From assembly GCA_951406725.2 (NCBI GenBank), contig OX597822.1, positions 33,170,001 through 33,234,000 of the forward strand: a stretch of DNA of 64,000 nt. Reading direction: 5' to 3'. Below the pieces are notes generated by a model. That model was not told the DNA's origin, searched no databases, and saw only the letters and a program-made list of their open reading frames with translations. Each line of letters begins with the position of its first letter. Within the stretch, counting starts at the first letter, position 1. Made by a program: the position numbers and the translations under genes. This DNA is from Octopus vulgaris. Lineage: Eukaryota. Shown in pieces: positions 43,964 to 58,607 of the stretch.

Positions 43964-44211
43964 TAGATAGATAGGTACATATATACATGCATACGTAAAT
44001 ACATACATATATACTTACATACATCCATACATACATACATAGTTAGACATGGATATGCATTTATATATATACACACATCTGCAAATATAAATGTATACGT
44101 TTATATATACCTAAATATATTTATACGCTTATACTTGTTTATATGTTGTACGTGCAAGCACTGCTAGTTAGATTTGCATTACTCTAATATTTATTTTCTT
44201 TAGTATTTTAC

Positions 44212-44263
<52 letters not shown>

Positions 44264-45405
44264 TAGTGTGTATATATCTGTATATGTATGTGTGTCTGTG
44301 TTTGCGTAACTGTGTGTGTATGCGTGTGTGTGAGTATCCTTTAACACACACACACATATATATAAACGACCACAAGTCCACGCGCGTTCGCATATATTCG
44401 ATATCATTACCATTTTAGAATTTAAGTATAAAAGGAGGTAGCATGGTTTGTGCCCTCATGTATGAATGGAACGGTCAATATACAAGATCTTAAATCTGAG
44501 ACCATATATGTATTAATAGGTATGCTATTTGTGGTGTTTTTTTGTGTGTGTGTGTGTGTATTTGTGTGTGTTTGTATGTTTGTGTGTGTATATATCTATG
44601 TATTTATGTGTAGCTATGTGTTTCTGGGTAACTGTGAAACCGTGTGTGAGTATAAGAATGTGTATTTCTGTTCATCTAGGCATATAAAGATAAACACAGA
44701 ATATGTAGATCGATAAAGACAAAGAATGTGTGAATGAGATTAAATTGCAACGCAAAATTGCTCCATAATAAATACCTTACCCCCTTTTCTGTTTTTTTTT
44801 TTTCCTTTCTGCTTTACAATTATCCTGTACACCACACTCTTCGACGTGTGAAAAGCTATATGGCAACATATATTTAACAATCCAAAATTTTGTATTCATA
44901 ATGCTGTTTATAGGTGAATAGCTATTTCCCCTATAAATGAGGACAGTAATAATATTCGGCAGCACTTTGTATGCTTTAGCGACTCCTTTTAGCACACAAC
45001 TACTTATTATGAGATATATAACAAGAAGATAAAATTAAATTTGCAAACGGGAAAGTATTATTGATGAATGTACTTAGAATGTAAAGAATGCAGAACAGGA
45101 ATAAAAGCCGTCTGGGGCCCTGGTTCGAATACAAAAATATAATACGTATATTTGTTCTGATTCCTTTTCTAAATTCCATAAAAAAAAAAGCATCACTAAG
45201 GTTACCAAACCTCATCCACATTGGGAATATAGCATCTAAATATTCCTTAACTAACATCCTACCGCCTGTTGGTGTTAAAGAATATATAGAATGATTGGAT
45301 AACTGCAGTCTTACATAGCCTTTATACAAGGTTGAATGGTAACAACATCCTTAACCTGGTGCTAAGCAACAAAAAATAACGACAATTATATATATTTATC
45401 ACCAG

Positions 45406-45632
45406 AAGGCGGCGAACTGGCAGAAACGTTAGCACGCCGGGCGAAATGCGTGGCCGTATTTCGTCTGTCGTTACGTTCCGAGTTCAAATTCCGCCAAGGT
45501 CGACTTTGCCTTTCATCCTTTCGGGGTCGATAAATTAAGTACCAGTTATGCACTGGGGTCGAAGTGATCGACATAATCGATCTGTCCTTGTTTGTCCTCT
45601 CTGTGTTTAACCCCTTGTGGGTAGTAAAGAAG
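45406..45632 (+). mobile_element. SINE family B with a ~20-bp target-site duplication
   Basis: Flanked by tatatatttatcac(c/t)agaag on both sides. Confidence 0.85.
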
Positions 45633-46551
45633 TATATACATATATATATTTATCACTAGAAGAGAGCCTCTGCATGGTCGTACGACTGGCTAGAAATAGA
45701 AACCCGTTCGATTCACACCCAAACGTCTTTGAAAAATGAATACTTTAAATGATGTTGTCAAAGCTACATACAATATGCATGAGAAACAGACGGAATATTT
45801 GTGATTTGCATATCTTTAATCATAGCTTTACTTGATCATGTTTGAATTAGTACTAAAACGACAAAAACGGTATAAACAACAAAAGATTCTGTTGAAGAAT
45901 GTTGATTAACTTGACGTCTACAGGCCCTAACCTGGCAAATACAATTACCTTTTTAAGTTACTTCCTTCATATTAATCCACTGGACTTTTCTTCTCACTTA
46001 TTTTCCCCCAAGATGAAACTACCAACAAGTGTAAGCGCATCATTGACAATAGTCCGTGTTTGTTTACGAAAATGTCACAAGATCTTTCAGACTGTAATGA
46101 TATTTTATCAATCTTCTATCTTCGACATTTCTGATGGCTATTTAACAGGTTAAACATAGCGTCATAAACTACAAGAATCAGAGACTGTTGAAAACAAACA
46201 ACCTCGATCAGCTGGAGGATGTTTTAAGAGACTGATTGTGCGTTGATATAGACTATAGGCTTTGTAGAAAGATACGTGTACATAAAAAAAAAATTATGAA
46301 CTAATTATAGAATTCATCGATTTTTCAATTATCGTTCATTGTATTTCTTCTAATACTGAATGTTGCTCGACTTTTTACTTCCGAACTGCACCTGTTGTCC
46401 GCTAATTCTTTCTTACCCAGCACAAAGCCGGAAACTTTGGACTAGAGATGTACAGACAACTTGAACTGATGGAGGACCCCTGTCGGCAAAATTTGGTTGA
46501 TAGAAACAATGCTCGAGTCACATTTACACACACAGACACACACATACAAAC

Positions 46552-46624
<73 letters not shown>

Positions 46625-46652
46625 GATAGATAGATGGATAGCTAGATAGATT

Positions 46653-46711
<59 letters not shown>

Positions 46712-47066
46712 GAATAGATACACACATATATAAACATAGGTAGGTAGGTAGATAGGTAGGTAGGTAGGTAGGCACGCACGCACGCATGTGCATTTGTGTG
46801 TTTGTGTGTCTGTGTATGGATTAATATATGTGTTTGTGTATATATGTGTGTGAGTTGTGGGTCTGTTTTGTCGTTTCTTTTCTTGTTAGATCGTAAACAA
46901 GTATTTCGGTAGATATCAATACACTATGAAGCAGAGTGAAATAATACTGGGTTGATATGATGGACTAGATTCCTTCAATATGTTCCTACGGTTGGGCATC
47001 AAATACGTACAGGTGTGAAAGAGGAAAAGGAAGTAACTTATAGAAAATGGATGATATATGTGTGTG

Positions 47067-47111
<45 letters not shown>

Positions 47112-47122
47112 TATATAGAAGG

Positions 47123-47173
47123 AGCTTCTACAGGACTAGTACTGTTTCATTCAAGAGAAATCTTCAGGAAGCT
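47123..47173 (-). ncRNA. Hammerhead ribozyme, left inverted PLE copy
   Basis: Reverse complement of 51001-51051. Confidence 0.86.
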
Positions 47174-47560
47174 ATTTAACAAGAATTGTATTAGCATTTA
47201 TACATTTAGAGGAGTGGTGGTGGGGGACTTTTAGGGGGTAGGCATAGCGCAAAATATCATACTTGGGGGAGTGGTCAAGGTAATAAAAAAATAAAAAAAT
47301 AAAAAATAAAAAAAAATAAAAAGATAAAATAAAAGAATAAAAATAAAAAATATAAAAAATATAAAAAATATAAAAAATATAAAAAATATAAAAATATATA
47401 TAAAAAAATATATAAAAAAATATATATATAAAATATATATATAAAATATATATATAAAAAAAGGGGGGATAGAGTTATAGGTAAATAAGGAGATTCTCAC
47501 TTATACCTATACACACATGTATACGTATCTACACACACATACGCACATACACATATATCT

Positions 47561-47613
<53 letters not shown>

Positions 47614-48072
47614 CCTACACATACACACATACATACATACAAATATACATATACATATATATATATACAATCCAATACAGGCCCATTCCCTAATTTTAAT
47701 TTTATTATCTTCATTTATTACTTTTGTTATCTTTGATCGCTAAGGCTAAGAATCCTGGCAATAGCTGCTTGTCCGTTTGTCTGTCTACTAGAAGGCAAGT
47801 ACTCATTCCCGCACGCACACTCATTAGCACGTACATTCACCCATTCGTACACTCATACACATACACGTACGCACGCGTTATATTCATACATACAAACATC
47901 TACATACGTTCACGTATATACACATACGTACTCGTACCTACAGATTCGTGTCTACACTTTAGGAGGCTAGTCTATACATATACACCAATAAATATACATA
48001 TATATATATATATATATATACCCGCATATACATACACACACACACATATATACTCCTACATACAGATACATA

Positions 48073-48116
<44 letters not shown>

Positions 48117-48317
48117 TACATATATATATACATATATACACATACATACACATACACACATACACACACATACATACACATATATATACATACCAAACAT
48201 ATATACACACACATATATATACATACACACATACACACATACATACGTATACATACATACATACATCTATACATCCATACTTACATGCATTTATACGCAT
48301 ACACACACCCATCTATA

Positions 48318-48354
<37 letters not shown>

Positions 48355-49321
48355 TCACACATACATATACAAATCTACGCACACACATACATACATACAC
48401 GTATACGCATACACGCACATACACATATACATGCGTACCCATACACGTGCACACACGCACGCGCATCCATATAAATACACACACACACATATATATATAC
48501 ACGTGTGCAAGCATACATACATACTCATACGCGCACACATACTTACAAATACATATATGCACACACTTACACACATATATATACATACACATATACATGC
48601 ATACATACATATATGCATACATACACACACACTCATATATATATATATATAAACATATATATATATATATACATACATATATATATATATACACATATAC
48701 ATACATACATAGACACATATACACATACATACACATACACATACGTACACACACATATACACATATATATATATACATATATATATATATACACATATAC
48801 GCATACATATATACACATATACATACATATACATACACACACACATACATATATACATATACACTGATACACATACCCATACATACACATGCATATACTT
48901 ATATTACTACATACTCACATTTATAGACATATATACATATACACACATACATATATACATGTACATACACATACGCATGCATATATATATATATATACAT
49001 ACATATATATACACATATATATATATATATATATATACATACATACACACACACACACACATACATATACACATATACATGTATACATACGCAAAAATGA
49101 TACGCATATATACACATACACACACACAGACAGATGCATATACATACATATATATATATATAAACTACATATCTATATAAATACATACATAATACACATA
49201 TACACACACATATATATACATTCATGCATATACATATACAAGTATACATACACAAACATACACACACACGCGCACACATACATATACACACACACATATA
49301 CAAATACATACATACACACAT

Positions 49322-49360
<39 letters not shown>

Positions 49361-50037
49361 CATACATGTACACATATACATATGTATATATATATCAACA
49401 AGGGGGGTAAAGTTAATTAGTTATTAATCAATTTCATCAAGTGTTCAGTATGTAAAGGGACCATTATTATTTTGAGTAAACAATGTTAGAGGGAAAAAAA
49501 TTCTCTAAGTAGTGGAAGAGGCTAAAAAACTTTATTGGCTGCTATTTCTAGAAAGTTTAGTATGTGGCAAAGTAATTTATTTTATTTTCCTAAGCCCTAA
49601 TTATATAATATTTTATACATACATACACATACATAAGCACATACATTTACACATACATATGCATATACATATATACACATATACATACAAACACATATAC
49701 ACATATACACACACACACACATACAAGCACATACATATATATATACACATATATACACATATATATACACATATATATATATATATATATACATGCAAAC
49801 ATATATACATATATATTTTTTTACATGCATACATACACACACACACACATAATACATGCGTATATTCCTACTGTACCCATGCATTTCTATACATATATAC
49901 ATACATACATACGATACACATATACAAGCGTGCACATATAATATGCGTGCACATATAATATGTGAAAGGTCTTAGGAGAAAAGGTAATCGGGGGTGCTAG
50001 GGGAACAGTGGGGTTGGGGGTTGGGGGGGGGTTGTCA

Positions 50038-50799
50038 TCAATCAGGTTGCCGGGTAGGTCTATAGTTCTTGTAGTTCGCATACTTCTTATGCATACAGTT
50101 TGGGGAGTGTTCTGAAAATTTGTTAAGGAGAGGGCCTTTGGCGAACAAGATCTCTAGGCTCTCTGATATGCATAGGTCACAGCAGGTATGTCCTCCTGTG
50201 TACGAGCGCGCCTTCTGTAGTAGTTTCCACTTGGTCTTGAAGGGGATTGAGTTCCTTTTAAGGTACCAGATGTGGGCGGCGAGGGTAGTTTGGTTGGATT
50301 TATCCTGTCGCCGGAACGAGTGTGTATGTGCATACCAGCGGGTCTTAAAGCTGTTTGACGTCATTCCAATGTAGGATTTACTTTTATCGTCAAGGCCTGA
50401 TCTTACCTCGCATTTATATACTAGGTCCCTCTGTAGGCAGTTGTTGTTGAGGGGCAGGTGGTTTTATCATGGCAGTTGCAATTGCTATCGGACGTTGGAT
50501 GGGCCCCGGAGAAAGTAGATATGTTAAGTTTTTTCACATTGTTGTTGGCTAAGTTCCTGGCTAGGTTGGGCGTGGTAGAGTAGGAGAGTCTAATAGTGTT
50601 CTTATTTAGGATAGTGTAGTACTTATGTTGGGTGGGGAAGTGTTTCTGTAGGAGAGTGAAAAAGATCTTAGCTACAGGTGTAGCGACCTCACGGTTGAAG
50701 GGGGGTTATACCAGCTAATGTGTCTTCGTCTATTTTTCCTGGGTTGGCGTGGGGCTATACTAGTGTAGGTAATCTTATCTTTAAAACCACTGCGGGCCA
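50038..50799 (-). pseudogene. Inverted duplicate of the PLE thumb/GIY-YIG coding region
   Basis: ORF 50038-50364 is identical to the C-terminal 108 aa of ORF 52823-53323. It has an extra 1-bp loss in a homopolymer (G4 at 50451-50454 vs C5 at 52906-52910). Confidence 0.92.
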
Positions 50800-51141
50800 T
50801 ATATTTTTTTTATTTTTTTAATATTTTATATTTTATTTTTTTTATTTTATTTTTTTTATTTTTTTTATTTTTTATTTTTTTATTTTTTTATTACCTTGAC
50901 CACTCCCCCAAGTATGATATTTTGCGCTATGCCTACCCCCTAAAAGTCCCCCACCACCACTCCTCTAAATGTATAAATGCTAATACAATTCTTGTTAAAT
51001 AGCTTCCTGAAGATTTCTCTTGAATGAAACAGTACTAGTCCTGTAGAAGCTCCTTCTATATAATAAATTAATTTTACTCTGCTATGTATTGAGTACCTTA
51101 CTTACTGTGGTTAACCCCGAATCAACCCGGGAACTACATAT
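50800..51141 (+). repeat. 5' pseudo-LTR of the PLE
   Basis: Direct repeat of ~55960-56333 (T-rich tract, ttaccttgaccactcccc..., hammerhead, AATAAA, ...cccgggaactacata). It ends ~40 nt before the ATG. Confidence 0.9.
51001..51051 (+). ncRNA. Type I hammerhead ribozyme in the 5' pLTR
   Basis: agcttc-CTGAAGA-t-ttc-tctt-gaa-t-GAAA-cag-tactagtc-ctg-TA-gaagct. Stem I (agcttc/gaagct) is perfect, stem II is ttc/gaa, stem III is acag/ctgt, and the core is intact. The predicted GUA cleavage is after 51045. Confidence 0.88.
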
Positions 51142-51182
51142 CTTAGCACACCCTAGTGCCCTTATAACCATCACCAAGAAAA

Positions 51183-53323
51183 ATGCTGACAAGAATCGAC
51201 CTCGACACTTCCCTGAAGAACATTACTATCCCACCAAGGAAACAGTACCAAAAAGCCCTCATTAGACGGACTGATGAGTTCATCAAAAGAATTCGATGGA
51301 GATCTTTCTTCTTCGACAACCCTGATGTAGCATCTACCAGTAATGATAAGTACGGCTTCAAATCAAATAAGGCCCCTCCTACCAACAGCCTACTTGAACC
51401 GTTTGAAGAAGACCTCTTCCTCATGATAAAAAACATCAAATTCAGGAGAGTCAACTTACCTTTCCAAACGGAACTGAATGCGAAGCTTTCGAAAATGAAA
51501 AGCTCCCAGAACCTCCATGTCCCTTCGGACAAGACAAAAAATATTTACGCGGTGACTCCGGATACCTATAATAGACTAGCCGATAACGCCATCACAGCTA
51601 AATACAAGAAAGTAGACGACGTAGCGCTAACTGAAACCAACTTGGCCGGGAAAGAGATTGCCACCTCCCTTAAAATCGACGACCGAACAGAACCCCTGAG
51701 GGTGAAGTCCCCACACTTCACCCTGAAAGACCACAAAGACCATTTCGAAAATAAACCGTCGGTCCGTTTGATCAACCCAACCAAGTCTGACATCGGATCC
51801 GTCAGCAAGAAGATCTTGGACAGGATTTTACCAAAAATGCGTGAAGCTTCACCCCTTCCACTCTGGAATAGGACCTCCGAGGCAATAACTTGGTTCCGGG
51901 ATTTACCAGATAAAAGCAACACCCGATTCCTACAACTGGATATCGAGGATTACTACGCCTCTATATCGGAGAGCTTGCTGATCGATGCGATTAACTTCGC
52001 CAGGAGGTCCTCCACCATCACCGAGGCCGAGCAAGATGTGATCCTCCACGCACGTAAGACTTTTCTTTTCTATGACGGATCCCACTGGATCAACAAAAAA
52101 TCTGTGACCCCCTTCGACGTCAGCATGGGTGCTAACGACTCTGCTGAAATAAGTGACCTAGTGGGCCTTTTCATCCTCCATAGGCTGAAAACCCTATTCA
52201 CAGGCCTCTCCGGTGGTCTTTACCGAGATGACGGCCTTTTCGCCCTCCACAATATAAACCCCAGGACCACGGATGGGTTCCGGAAAAATCTTCACACCTT
52301 CTTTAAAAACTTAGGCCTTAGGATTACCCTAGAATCCAACTTAACTAAGGCTAACTTCCTAGATGTCACCCTCGACTTAAAAACCTCACTTTATTACCCG
52401 TACCACAAACCAAATGAATCCCTTAGATATATAGATATCAATTCCAACCACCCCAGAAATATATTAGATAACCTAGTAAAAAGTGTCTCAATTAGAATCT
52501 CTAGCCTGTCCGCCACGGAAGATATCTTTAAGGCCGCAGCCCCCTATTACAACGAGGCCCTGGCCCGCAGTGGTTTTAAAGATAAGATTACCTACACTAG
52601 TATAGCCCCACGCCAACCCAGGAAAAATAGACGAAGACACATTAGCTGGTATAACCCCCCTTCAACCGTGAGGTCGCTACACCTGTAGCTAAGATCTTTT
52701 TCACTCTCCTACAGAAACACTTCCCCACCCAACATAAGTACTACACTATCCTAAATAAGAACACTATTAGACTCTCCTACTCTACCACGCCCAACCTAGC
52801 CAGGAACTTAGCCAACAACAATGTGAAAAAACTTAACATATCTACTTTCTCCGGGGCCCATCCAACGTCCGATAGCAATTGCAACTGCCATGATAAAACC
52901 ACCTGCCCCCTCAACAACAACTGCCTACAGAGGGACCTAGTATATAAATGCGAGGTAAGATCAGGCCTTGACGATAAAAGTAAATCCTACATTGGAATGA
53001 CGTCAAACAGCTTTAAGACCCGCTGGTATGCACATACACACTCGTTCCGGCGACAGGATAAATCCAACCAAACTACCCTCGCCGCCCACATCTGGTACCT
53101 TAAAAGGAACTCAATCCCCTTCAAGACCAAGTGGAAACTACTACAGAAGGCGCGCTCGTACACAGGAGGACATACCTGCTGTGACCTATGCATATCAGAG
53201 AGCCTAGAGATCTTGTTCGCCAAAGGCCCTCTCCTTAACAAATTTTCAGAACACTCCCCAAACTGTATGCATAAGAAGTATGCGAACTACAAGAACTATA
53301 GACCTACCCGGCAACCTGATTGA
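51183..53323 (+). CDS. PLE polyprotein (RT + C-terminal GIY-YIG endonuclease), split by one frameshift at 52655-52660; ~713 aa if repaired; probably Nematis-like clade
   Basis: RT motifs are FLQLDIEDYYASI, DVSMGANDSAEISDLVGLF, GLYRDDGL (YRDD at 52221-52232) and NFLDVTLDL. The shifted frame continues WYNPPFNREV...KHFP...SYSTTPN. The endonuclease reads CNC..CPL..CL..LVYKC..YIGMT..FKTRW..H..CDLC..E..LLNK..CMH. The clade call is from remembered motif style, not from a tree. Confidence 0.92.
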
Positions 53324-54001
53324 TGACAACCCCCCCCCCCCCCAACCCCACTGTTCCCCTAGCACCCCCGATTACCTTTTCTCCTAAGACCTTTCACATA
53401 TTATATGTGCACGCATATTATATGTGCACGCTTGTATATGTGTATCGTATGTATGTATGTATATATGTATAGAAATGCATGGGTACAGTAGGAATATACG
53501 CATGTATTATGTGTGTGTGTGTGTATGTATGCATGTAAAAAAATATATATGTATATATGTTTGCATGTATATATATATATATATATGTGTATATATATGT
53601 GTATATATGTGTATATATATATGTATGTGCTTGTATGTGTGTGTGTGTGTATATGTGTATATGTGTTTGTATGTATATGTGTATATATGTATATGCATAT
53701 GTATGTGTAAATGTATGTGCTTATGTATGTGTATGTATGTATAAAATATTATATAATTAGGGCTTAGGAAAATAAAATAAATTACTTTGCCACATACTAA
53801 ACTTTCTAGAAATAGCAGCCAATAAAGTTTTTTAGCCTCTTCCACTACTTAGAGAATTTTTTTCCCTCTAACATTGTTTACTCAAAATAATAATGGTCCC
53901 TTTACATACTGAACACTTGATGAAATTGATTAATAACTAATTAACTTTACCCTCCCTTGTTGATATATATATACATATGTATGTGTGTACATGTATGTAT
54001 G

Positions 54002-54034
<33 letters not shown>

Positions 54035-54315
54035 ATGTGTGTATGTATGTATTTGTATATGTGTGTGTGTATATGTATGTGTGCGCGTGTGTGTGTATGT
54101 TTGTGTATGTATACTTGTATATGTATATGCATGAATGTATATATATGTGTGTGTATATGTGTATTATGTATGTATTTATATAGATATGTAGTTTATATAT
54201 ATATATATGTATGTATATGCATCTGTCTGTGTGTGTGTATGTGTATATATGCGTATCATTTTTGCGTATGTATACATGTATATGTGTATATGTATGTGTG
54301 TGTGTGTGTGTATGT

Positions 54316-54346
<31 letters not shown>

Positions 54347-54666
54347 TATATATATGTATGTATATATATATATATATGCATGCGTATGTGTATGTACATG
54401 TATATATGTATGTGTGTATATGTATATATGTCTATATATGTGAGTATGTAGTAATATAAGTATATGCATGTGTATGTATGGGTATGTGTATCAGTGTATA
54501 TGTATATATGTATGTGTGTGTGTATGTATATGTATGTATATGTGTATATATGTATGCGTATATGTGTATATATATATATATGTATATATATATATGTGTA
54601 TATGTGTGTGTACGTATGTGTATGTGTATGTATGTGTATATGTGTCTATGTATGTATGTATATGTG

Positions 54667-54725
<59 letters not shown>

Positions 54726-55004
54726 TGCGTGTGTGTATGTATGCATATATGTATGTATGCATGTATATGTGTATGTATATATATGTGTGTAAGTGTGTGC
54801 ATATATGTATTTGTAAGTATGTGTGCGCGTATGAGTATGTATGTATGCTTGCACACGTGTATATATATATGTGTGTGTGTGTATTTATATGGATGCGCGT
54901 GCGTGTGTGCACGTGTATGGGTACGCATGTATATGTGTATGTGCGTGTATGCGTATACGTGTATGTATGTATGTGTGTGCGTAGATTTGTATATGTATGT
55001 GTGA

Positions 55005-55041
<37 letters not shown>

Positions 55042-55245
55042 TATAGATGGGTGTGTGTATGCGTATAAATGCATGTAAGTATGGATGTATAGATGTATGT
55101 ATGTATGTATACGTATGTATGTGTGTATGTGTGTATGTATATATATGTGTGTGTATATATGTTTGTGTATGTATATATATGTGTATGTATGTGTGTGTAT
55201 GTGTGTATGTGTATGTATGTGTATATATGTATATATATATATGTA

Positions 55246-55291
<46 letters not shown>

Positions 55292-55748
55292 TATGTATCT
55301 GTATGTAGGAGTATATATGTGTGTGTGTGTATGTATATGCGTATATATATATATATATATATATGTATATTTATTGGTGTATATGTATAGACTAGCCTCC
55401 TAAAGTGTAGACACGAATCTGTAGGTACGAGTACGTATGTGTATATACGTGAACGTATGTAGATGTTTGTATGTATGAATATAACGCGTGCGTACGTGTA
55501 TGTGTATGAGTGTACGAATGGGTGAATGTACGTGCTAATGAGTGTGCGTGCGGGAATGAGTACTTGCCTTCTAGTAGACAGACAAATGGACAAGCAGCTA
55601 TTGCCAGGATTCTTAGCCTTAGCGATCAAAGATAACAAAAGTAATAAATGAAGATAATAAAATTAAAATTAGGGAATGGGCCTGTATTGGATTGTATATA
55701 TATATATGTATATGTATATTTGTATGTATGTATGTGTGTATGTGTAGG

Positions 55749-55803
<55 letters not shown>

Positions 55804-55959
55804 AGATATATGTGTATGTGCGTATGTGTGTGTAGATACGTATACATGTGTGTATAGGTATAAGTGAGAATCTCCTTATTTACCTATAACTCTATCCCCC
55901 CTTTTTTTATATATATATTTTTATATATATATTTTATATATATATTTTTTTATATATTT

Positions 55960-56333
55960 TTTTATATATATTTTTTATATTTTTTATATTTTTTATATTT
56001 TTTATATTTTTTATATTTTTTATTTTTATTCTTTTATTTTATCTTTTTTTTTTTTTTATTTTTTATTTTTTTATTTTTTTATTACCTTGACCACTCCCCC
56101 AAGTATGATATTTTGCGCTATGCCTACCCCCAAAAGTCCCCCACCACCACTCCTCTAAATGTATAAATGCTAATACACAATTCTTGTTAAATAGCTTCCT
56201 GAAGATTTCTCTTGAATGAAACAGTACTAGTCCTGTAGAAGCTCCTTCTATATAATAAATTAATTTTACTCTGCTATGTATTGAGTACCTTACTTACTGT
56301 GGTTAACCCCGAATCAACCCGGGAACTACATAT
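55960..56333 (+). repeat. 3' pseudo-LTR of the PLE
   Basis: Matches 50800-51141 and runs directly into (TA)n. Confidence 0.9.
56193..56243 (+). ncRNA. Type I hammerhead ribozyme in the 3' pLTR
   Basis: Identical to 51001-51051; predicted cleavage after 56237. Confidence 0.88.
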
Positions 56334-56357
56334 ATATATATATATATATGTGTGTAC

Positions 56358-56396
<39 letters not shown>

Positions 56397-56465
56397 GGGT
56401 TGATTCGGTGGTCACTAAGTGTACTCAATACATAGCAGAGTAAAATTAATTTATTATATAGAAGG

Positions 56466-56516
56466 AGCTTCTACAGGACTAGTACTGTTTCATTCAAGAG
56501 AAATCTTCAGGAAGCT
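56466..56516 (-). ncRNA. Hammerhead ribozyme, right inverted PLE copy
   Basis: Reverse complement of 51001-51051. Confidence 0.86.
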
Positions 56517-56887
56517 ATTTAACAAGAATTGTATTAGCATTTATACATTTAGCAGGTTTAAAGTGGTGGTGGGGACTTTTTGGGGGTAGGCATAGCGCAA
56601 AATATCATACTTGGGGAGTAATCAAAATAAAAAAATAAAAAAATAAAAAATAAAAAAATAAAAAATAAAATAAAAGAAAAAAATAAAAATAAAAAATATA
56701 AAAAATATAAAAAATATAAAAAATATAAAAAATATATATAAAAAAATATATATAAAAAATATATATATAAAATATATATATAAAATATATATATAAAAAA
56801 AGGTGGGATAGAGTTATAGGTAAATAAGGAGATTCTCACTTATACCTATACACACATGTATACGTATCTACACACACATACACACAT

Positions 56888-56942
<55 letters not shown>

Positions 56943-57399
56943 CCTACACATACACACATACATACATACAAATATACATATACATATATATATATACAAT
57001 CCAATACAGGCCCATTCCCTAATTTTAATTTTATTATCTTCATTTATTACTTTTGTTATCTTTGATCGCTAAGGCTAAGAATCCTGGCAATAGCTGCTTG
57101 TCCATTTGTCTGTCTACTAGAAGGCAAGTACTCATTCCCACACGCACACTCATTAGCACGTACATTCACCCATTCGTACACTCATACACATACACGTACG
57201 CACGCGTTATATTCATACATACAAACATCTACATACGTTCACGTATATACACATACGTACTCGTACCTACAGATTCGTGTCTACACTTTAGGAGGCTAGT
57301 CTATACATATACACCAATAAATATACATATATATATATATATATATACCCGCATATACATACACACACACACATATATACTCCTACATACAGATACATA

Positions 57400-57445
<46 letters not shown>

Positions 57446-57647
57446 TATATACATATATACACATACATACATACACATACATATACACACACATACATAC
57501 ACATATATATACATACACAAACATATATACACACACATATATATACATACACACATACACACATACATACGTATACATACATACATACATCCATACATCC
57601 ATACTTACATGCATTTATACGCATACACACACCCATCTATATATATG

Positions 57648-57701
<54 letters not shown>

Positions 57702-57959
57702 CACACACACACACACACATACATACACGTATACGCATACACGCACATACACATATACATGCGTACCCATACACGTGCACACACGCACGCGCATCCATAT
57801 ATATACACACACACATATATATATACACGTGTGCAAGCATACATACATACTCATACGCGCACACATACTTACAAATACATATATGCACACACTTACACAC
57901 ATATATATACATACACATATACATGCATACATACATATATGCATACATACACACACGCA

Positions 57960-58013
<54 letters not shown>

Positions 58014-58072
58014 TATACATATATAGACACATACATACATACACATACACATACGTACACACATATATACAC

Positions 58073-58109
<37 letters not shown>

Positions 58110-58607
58110 TACATATATACACATATACATACATATACATACACACACACATACATATATACATATACACTGATACACATACCCATACATACACATGCAT
58201 ATACTTATATTACTACATACTCACATATATAAACATATATACATATACACACATACATATATACATGTACATACACATACGCATGCATATATATATATAT
58301 ATACATATATATACACATATATATATATATATATATACATACATACACACACACACACATACATATACACATATACATGTATACATACGCAAAAATGATA
58401 CGCATATATACACATACACACACACAGACAGATGCATATACATATATATATATATAAACTACATATCTATATAAATACATACATAATGCACATATACACA
58501 CACATATATATACATTCATGCATATACATATACAAGTATACATACACAAACATACACACACACGCGCACACATACATATACACACACACATATACAAATA
58601 CATACAT

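Noticed and set aside
47724-48926. Long His/Tyr/Ile/Thr-rich ORFs (400, 323 and 473 aa; also 54667-55638 and 57053-58474)
   Set aside because: These are stop-poor translations of simple repeats antisense to the PLE. Frames differ between copies and the starts are non-ATG.
51143-53241. Antisense ORFs overlapping the PLE gene
   Set aside because: Shadow frames of the real ORF with no motifs.
51183-53323. Naiad-type selenoprotein or N-terminal endonuclease PLE
   Set aside because: The endonuclease is C-terminal and there is no in-frame TGA at cysteine positions.
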